IMG/VR virus record: IMGVR_UViG_3300044568_004391
Location: 87,985-151,984 of that record
From: a virus
DNA length: 64,000 nucleotides
Strand: one strand, 5' to 3'
Both the position numbers and the translations under genes were made by a program. The first letter of the stretch is position 1. Each line of letters opens with the position of its first letter. Shown here piece by piece: positions 58,908-64,000 of the stretch. Below the pieces are notes generated by a model. It ran no database searches, was not told where the DNA came from, and worked only from the letters and a program-made list of their open reading frames with translations.

Positions 58908-59618
58908 CTACCCACTTACAACACCAATCATAAAATAATTTTCCTCGTAGATCAAGTAATTACCAACGGGCAAAGCATCAATTAAAAATAATTTATTTTC
59001 CAACATCAATTTCATCGGCATTTCTTTAACTTCTGTATGACCCACGACTTGAATATATTGATCATTCAAAAAAGTATTTTTATTTCCCGACATCAAACTT
59101 CTTGGACGAATCCAAATCGGTGTTTGCATGATATCATCACCTGTTGGATCAAATATTCCGTTGAATTCAAAATTTCGTGGTTTGTATTTCCAAATTTCAT
59201 TTACAAAGTTAGAGATAGGTTCTCCTTCCTTGTATCTATTTTGATTTACCAACCAATCATAACCAATACCCGCATGTGAACACAAGATATTATCCATCTC
59301 ATAACACATTTGAAGGTGGTGTAGGTTTTCTTTAATAAGAAGTTGAATTGCCGGTCCTGCACTCCGTTGAAATCCACTATACACTTCGTAAGTGTTGATA
59401 TAATGGAAGTCATGATTACCAATCAACATAATAACCTCACATTCACCTTTTTCTTTGAACTCAATAATTTCCTTGAAATTATATTGTTGCTCTGCTGATC
59501 CAATGTCGAAACTGTCAAAATAATCCCCGATGAAAACAACCCGATCAGGTTTTTCACTTTCTACGATTTTTTTCCATATGTCTCGACCATGAATATCTCC
59601 GATAAAGATTGTTTTCAT
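58908..59618 (-). CDS. calcineurin-like metallophosphoesterase
   Basis: GDIHG, GDYFD, GNHD, SHAG, GHT. Confidence 0.9.
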   Translation of the reverse strand: MKTIFIGDIHGRDIWKKIVESEKPDRVVFIGDYFDSFDIGSAEQQYNFKEIIEFKEKGECEVIMLIGNHDFHYINTYEVYSGFQRSAGPAIQLLIKENLHHLQMCYEMDNILCSHAGIGYDWLVNQNRYKEGEPISNFVNEIWKYKPRNFEFNGIFDPTGDDIMQTPIWIRPRSLMSGNKNTFLNDQYIQVVGHTEVKEMPMKLMLENKLFLIDALPVGNYLIYEENYFMIGVVSG

Positions 59619-59634
59619 TAGTTTATTATTTTAG

Positions 59635-59732
59635 TAGTCAGGACAGGACTCGAACCTGTACGTATAGGATTAGCGCGTAGCCTATACACATCTTATTTGA
59701 GGAGTGCGTCTAACCAATTCCGCCACCTGACT
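59635..59732 (-). tRNA. Leu-like tRNA-shaped RNA with an irregular anticodon arm and oversized variable arm
   Basis: Intact acceptor, D and T arms; A73; 98 nt. Confidence 0.6.
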
Positions 59733-59738
59733 GTGTTT

Positions 59739-59942
59739 TTAGTCTTTAAACTCTCGATAAACAAACATGAAAAAACAAATGTAACTAAGGGTCAACCCAC
59801 CCACTAGAGAGTATCTGATTAGCTCGTGAAGTAGGGTACCGTCGAGTGGCACATCCCAAAGGATACAAGTTAAAAAAACAATAAATGACAGGATGAAGAG
59901 TGTGAGTGATGCAAATCCTGTGATGTTGATTAGTTTTTTCAT
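59739..59942 (-). CDS. small two-TM protein
   Basis: Hydrophobic ORF between tRNAs. Confidence 0.6.
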   Translation of the reverse strand: MKKLINITGFASLTLFILSFIVFLTCILWDVPLDGTLLHELIRYSLVGGLTLSYICFFMFVYREFKD

Positions 59943-59970
59943 AGTGATTCAGATAATTTTTATTTTTTTG

Positions 59971-60044
59971 CTCTCCCTCTTGGGCTTGAACCAAGGACCT
60001 ATTGATTAACAGTCAACCGCTCTAACCGACTGAGCTAAGGGAGA
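59971..60044 (-). tRNA. tRNA-Asn(GUU)
   Basis: GTTGA-CTGTTAA-TCAAT. Confidence 0.9.
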
Positions 60045-60049
60045 AAAAG

Positions 60050-60140
60050 GGTCGAGTTCAACACGCCAGGAAGGGCCCAACAAGCCTCTTTCACTGAAGA
60101 GGAAGGGCCCAACTAGCCTGTAGGTGAAGAACTTTCGACC
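60050..60140 (-). ncRNA. candidate rod-shaped, two-fold pseudo-symmetric ncRNA inside the tRNA array
   Basis: Closing stem GGTCGA/TCGACC; two copies of AGGCT(A/T)GTTGGGCCCTTCCT. Confidence 0.6.
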
Positions 60141-60144
60141 TGTA

Positions 60145-60217
60145 AGAAGGAGACGAGATTCAAACCCGCGACCATCAGATTGGAAGTCTGACGATCTACC
60201 AACTGAGATATTCCTGC
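60145..60217 (-). pseudogene. degenerate tRNA-Gly(UCC)
   Basis: Good anticodon arm, but two acceptor-stem mismatches, altered D stem and T-loop TTTGAAT. Confidence 0.65.
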
Positions 60218-60222
60218 AAACG

Positions 60223-60295
60223 AGCCTCTAGACGGACTCGAACCCCCGACCCGCTCATTACAAATGAGCTGCTCTACCAACTGAGCTATAGAGGC
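60223..60295 (-). tRNA. tRNA-Thr(UGU), canonical
   Basis: GCTCA-TTTGTAA-TGAGC. Confidence 0.92.
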
Positions 60296-60301
60296 AAATA
60301 G

Positions 60302-60375
60302 TCCTCCCACTTGGATTTGAACCAAGGACCTACGGTTTATGAGACCGCCGCTCTAACCGATTGAGCTATGAGAGG
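60302..60375 (-). tRNA. tRNA(CAU), probably Ile2 (lysidine)
   Basis: GCGGT-CTCATAA-ACCGT; paired C1-G72 so not an initiator; near TilS. Confidence 0.75.
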
Positions 60376-60442
60376 GTTTTTTTATTATTCCGATACTTCA
60401 AAGAACACCACAAAGATATGAATTTTGGATTAATTAACCAAA

Positions 60443-60856
60443 TTAAACTAAACCTTTTTTCAGTACTTCTGAAACTAATTCTATATTCATTTCGGGATTG
60501 TGTTCCTCTCTATGACAATTCGAACAAAGGAGTTCACATTTTAAAAATTCTTGATTTATGTAATCAATATTACGATTAGAAAGTATCCTCATATCTAATT
60601 TGGATTCTTTTTGTGTTGGATCAATATGATGAAATTCTAATGCCGCTATATTTTTATTATAACCACATCTTTTACAAGATCCTCCAGCTTGTTCAATCAA
60701 GGATAGTTTTCTACGATAAGCCCTAATTGTTTGAGAATGATACGTATTTGTTTGTTTTTTTAATCTATGGTAGTGATGTTTTTGTTTACAAGCGCCAGAA
60801 CAATACATTTTTTTTTGACCAGATAATTCAATATCACATACTATACATTTTTTCAT
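60443..60856 (-). CDS. free-standing HNH endonuclease with an N-terminal Zn finger
   Basis: CxxC...CxxxC; CKRCG..LEFHH..LLCSNCH...H. Confidence 0.85.
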   Translation of the reverse strand: MKKCIVCDIELSGQKKMYCSGACKQKHHYHRLKKQTNTYHSQTIRAYRRKLSLIEQAGGSCKRCGYNKNIAALEFHHIDPTQKESKLDMRILSNRNIDYINQEFLKCELLCSNCHREEHNPEMNIELVSEVLKKGLV

Positions 60857-60864
60857 GTTTTTAT

Positions 60865-61482
60865 TTATAAATATACAGTATTATGTTTTTGTTCATAATC
60901 CTTGATCATTTTTTTCACGACAGTTTTAAGACCGGGGTTGACCTTTAGAAGTTCGGGAATAATATTATGTCTGATTCTATTTCTTGAATATTCCACCGAG
61001 TTATTTGATTCGTCTTGAATAAAAGGTACATTTTTCCTTTTACACCAACTTTCGAACTCAGACTTTTCAGTCAAAAGAAAAGGACGAATAACATTTTCCT
61101 TACGATAAGGGATGACCGATTGAAACCCCCTCGTCATAGTGAAAATATATGTTTCTAGACAATCATCCAAATGGTGACACGTTACGATTGGAAAATCAAA
61201 TGATCTAAAAAACTTATACCTCAAATCAGACCACACCTTTTCCTTGTTGGATTTTGGTTTTTGATCCGTCCTTCCAACAAACAAACTCAAACCGTTTTCC
61301 TCACAATATTTGGTGATAAACTTTTCAGCATCATCACCGTGTTCTGTATTGTGATTGAAATAAAGGACGTGTGGATTATAATTTGATCTTCTCAAAAAAT
61401 CCAAGACGGCCATAGAGTCAACCCCTCCCGAACAAGCAAGACCAAATTCAGAGGTTGGAATATTTCCGAGTACTTTGATCAT
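60865..61482 (-). CDS. tilS: tRNA(Ile2) lysidine synthetase, minimal N-terminal domain
   Basis: SGGVDS, RY.FF, HHLDD..ET, IRP.L, DESN, RN.IRH; start reassigned. Confidence 0.88.
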   Translation of the reverse strand: MIKVLGNIPTSEFGLACSGGVDSMAVLDFLRRSNYNPHVLYFNHNTEHGDDAEKFITKYCEENGLSLFVGRTDQKPKSNKEKVWSDLRYKFFRSFDFPIVTCHHLDDCLETYIFTMTRGFQSVIPYRKENVIRPFLLTEKSEFESWCKRKNVPFIQDESNNSVEYSRNRIRHNIIPELLKVNPGLKTVVKKMIKDYEQKHNTVYL

Positions 61483-61497
61483 AACATTATTTTTTTG

Positions 61498-61585
61498 TGG
61501 AAGGTAAGGGATTCGAACCCTTGCATCAGTTTCCCGACCTAGCGGTTTAGCAAACCGCCCCCTTCGGCCTCTTGGGTAACCTTCC
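61498..61585 (-). tRNA. tRNA-Ser(GCU)
   Basis: GCGGT-TTGCTAA-ACCGC; long variable arm. Confidence 0.92.
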
Positions 61586-61594
61586 AACTTATTG

Positions 61595-62155
61595 TCACAA
61601 TATAAGAACCGGTTGATTCAAATATTCGATCAATAAGGTTTTAACTTCGGAATTACAAATTCCATTTTTGTGATCTGTTGACAAAACAAAATGTTCCAAA
61701 CCCCACCCTTGTTCTCCAAGTCTCATATCATCGATTGCTACCCATGATGCGACGTAAGGATGATTGTCCAACCATTTTCTGATTTCCAAAACTCGGGTTT
61801 GGTTTAACCCAAGACCCATCTTAAATTCGAACTCAGGTGGAACTTCACTTCGATCGATGAAAGGGGTAAAACCGATTGGTTTTTTGATGATCCCCTGACT
61901 TTCATAATATTCACCGATTTCTTCCAAAGTTGCCCATGTTCTCCAATCAGAAGAAATTACAATCTCACAATCGGTGTCCCTGATGACCTGATTCAGACAT
62001 TCAACACAACTATGATTGAAGTTGTCAAACCTATCCAAGATTGGGATTTCTTTGATGGTGGGGCGTGGATCATATTTTTTTTGTTTATCGAATCTTGAAC
62101 CCCATTCAGATTCCAAACAGATCACACCATCGTGATCCATAAAAATTACTTTCAT
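61595..62155 (-). CDS. HAD domain of the Swiss-army-knife RNA-repair type
   Basis: FMDHDGV, VISSDWR, EI..WL, VAIDD; start reassigned. Confidence 0.8.
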   Translation of the reverse strand: MKVIFMDHDGVICLESEWGSRFDKQKKYDPRPTIKEIPILDRFDNFNHSCVECLNQVIRDTDCEIVISSDWRTWATLEEIGEYYESQGIIKKPIGFTPFIDRSEVPPEFEFKMGLGLNQTRVLEIRKWLDNHPYVASWVAIDDMRLGEQGWGLEHFVLSTDHKNGICNSEVKTLLIEYLNQPVLIL

Positions 62156-62173
62156 TTGTTTTAATTGTTGCGG

Positions 62174-62259
62174 TAGCCGGAGCGGGGATCGAACCCGCAC
62201 GGACCCTTCGGTCCATTTGATTTTAAGTCAAACATGTATACCAATTTCATCATCCGGCC
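62174..62259 (-). tRNA. tRNA-Leu(UAA)
   Basis: TTTGA-CTTAAAA-TCAAA; normal long variable arm. Confidence 0.92.
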
Positions 62260-62368
62260 ATGATTATTCCGATATGTCAAAGAACACCCAAAACATACAA
62301 CAAATCTTCTGAAGTTTCAACCCCTCCCTCTATTCTATATTTTTGGGGAGGGGAGAGGAGCCTACTAT

Positions 62369-62689
62369 TTAGTAGGCGTCCATCTCATCAATCACGTAAG
62401 CCACGTTTACGTTTACCTTGTCTTCGTGGTTTCGGATGTCCACAATGAACCCACCCATCCCGAAGTTGGTCACTCCTTCCTGTTCGTAGGAAGTGAATGC
62501 TTGGTTCATCACGACGGTGGTATAGTCCTTGAGTGTTTGGACGTTGAAAGAGTCGGGTGACACTTCCAACCAAGAAGTATACATCGCCTCACGGTTCAGA
62601 GCCTTTACGACCTTCGCTACGGTTTCGTAGTCGAAGTTGTTGGTTACACGGCCAATCCGGTTTTGGGGGTTGGAGATGACGTTTTTCAT
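62369..62689 (-). CDS. hypothetical, probably early protein
   Basis: Promoter TTTG-N20-TACCTTTG at 62711-62742; higher GC than neighbours. Confidence 0.75.
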   Translation of the reverse strand: MKNVISNPQNRIGRVTNNFDYETVAKVVKALNREAMYTSWLEVSPDSFNVQTLKDYTTVVMNQAFTSYEQEGVTNFGMGGFIVDIRNHEDKVNVNVAYVIDEMDAY

Positions 62690-62793
62690 GGTGTGATTGT
62701 TTTAACACCACAAAGGTATGGCAGGAGATTGATCTTTCCAAATCTTGATGTGACTTTTTTCGATCTACGTAAATTAATCTTTAACTGAAGGTA

Positions 62794-63768
62794 TTAATAT
62801 TCTTCAGGTTTTTCAAAATGTATCACTTCACTACCTCCAGGACCTACTTCATAGTTTTTATTAGGGAAAACATATACCTTACCACCTATTTTTGCATAAA
62901 CAATATAATCAATACTTTTACTCTTATAGTCGTTCTTCATACCATAAGTTTTAACAAAATATTTACCGTCTTCTACGAGGAGTTTAGATAAAGGTTTTAT
63001 TTGAAAACTCTGACCCCCAATAATCATGTCTATTGATTTGTGTCGGTCAATTATAGAACCAGGAGGAAACAACTCAACATTACCTGGTATATGATTAGAA
63101 ATTACTTCTGAGGCGTATACCTCAGTATTATAACCATTTTCTATTGACCTCCATTGGATATCCAACAACTCTTTCATAAAATCTTTGTCGTTTTTAAATA
63201 CATCCACTAACCATTCCTCTAAATCTCCGTTACCTTCATTATTCCATTTTTGTGATATTTTTCTTTGTACTTCTTTTTTTGTATCAAAATAATTCATAAT
63301 TGACCATGACTCACCCTTACCCGTTCTCTCACCTATTGTATTTATATCTCTAATACCTGCGCTATATATTTCATCTTGTTCTTTCCAATTATTTGGAAAC
63401 GCCTTTTTTAACGCACTCCTAATTAAAGTTGATTTTACTTCTCCACTATCCTTACTACCGAACAAAATTTTACGAATATCAGGTTTTATTTCTTCAAGTT
63501 TCCAATAGTCAACGTAACCCGATTCTCCATTTTTCGTAAAATTAAAATCTGTAGGAGTAATACCTGTCAACTTAATATTATTTCCAATCAAATTTATATA
63601 TGTATTTTTACCATGTGAATATTGGCCTTCTTCGGTTTTTAAGTCGTTGAAGTATACCCTCCACGGAGCGTATGTTGGTTTATAAGCCCTCATATAACTA
63701 AAACTAAAGGTTACAGGACCGTCACCTGAAGTTAATTCTTTTAGAATTTTGCGTATTTGCTCTCTCAC
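62794..63768 (-). CDS. E-leader protein with a possible C-terminal PD-(D/E)xK-like nuclease domain
   Basis: MREQIRKILKE; E...IDM......QIK. Confidence 0.45.
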   Translation of the reverse strand: MREQIRKILKELTSGDGPVTFSFSYMRAYKPTYAPWRVYFNDLKTEEGQYSHGKNTYINLIGNNIKLTGITPTDFNFTKNGESGYVDYWKLEEIKPDIRKILFGSKDSGEVKSTLIRSALKKAFPNNWKEQDEIYSAGIRDINTIGERTGKGESWSIMNYFDTKKEVQRKISQKWNNEGNGDLEEWLVDVFKNDKDFMKELLDIQWRSIENGYNTEVYASEVISNHIPGNVELFPPGSIIDRHKSIDMIIGGQSFQIKPLSKLLVEDGKYFVKTYGMKNDYKSKSIDYIVYAKIGGKVYVFPNKNYEVGPGGSEVIHFEKPEEY

Positions 63769-63866
63769 GTAAATAAATATTCCTAAATTAAGAAATGTTT
63801 AATCAAACCTTTTATCCCACAAACTAAAGATTTGTGGGTTTTTCGGTGGAGTTAATAAAACAAATG

Positions 63867-63938
63867 CGGTCTATGAGGGTTCCGACCCCTCTACTCCTGC
63901 GTGACAGGCAGGTATGATAGCCACTTCACCAATAGACC
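63867..63938 (-). tRNA. tRNA-Asp(GUC) with a non-canonical T-loop
   Basis: CCTGC-CTGTCAC-GCAGG; T-loop GTCGGAA. Confidence 0.8.
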
Positions 63939-64000
63939 TTATAATTTTTAGTATAGTACGATTAACTATTTATTGAGTTAGTTATATTTATATAAAAAGT

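Noticed and set aside
1-64000. Stop-codon reassignment
   Set aside because: Long conserved genes are intact in code 11, TAA, TGA and TAG all end genes, and no suppressor tRNA was seen
1-64000. Bacterial chromosome or eukaryotic giant virus origin
   Set aside because: No housekeeping operons; peptidoglycan hydrolases, tail genes and Bacteroidota promoters favour a large phage, although no capsid or terminase gene lies in this window

Overview
AT-rich, gene-dense 64 kb segment best explained as part of a very large (jumbo/huge) tailed phage infecting Bacteroidota. Host evidence: TTTG-N20-TAnnTTTG promoters, signal peptides ending in S-Q, and T9SS-type C-terminal domains. Phage evidence: many short hypothetical genes, about 15 minus-strand tRNA or tRNA-like genes without encoded CCA, amidase and M23 lysins, a T4-T-like holin, tail-fibre and tape-measure-like genes. 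Layout: 1-3.3 kb is an origin-like zone with a parS-like palindrome, C-tracts and a tandem paralogue array; 4-17 kb holds terminator/promoter-bounded single-gene cassettes; 18.6-30.7 kb is a nucleotide-sugar and glycosyltransferase island; 31.6-37.2 kb encodes T9SS-type secreted proteins; 38-63 kb holds tRNAs, TilS, RNA-repair enzymes and virion genes. The strongest unexplained pattern is a portable N-terminal leader rich in [ILMV]-x-E (e.g. RLTESDL..II..VI.E), usually behind a TATTTAT promoter-like motif, fused to unrelated cargo domains including pre-toxin-TG-like/peptidoglycan-binding proteins. I infer a virion-cargo targeting and cleavage system. There are also atypical tRNAs and unannotated structured RNAs. 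All family assignments come from recognising motifs by eye; no database searches were run.
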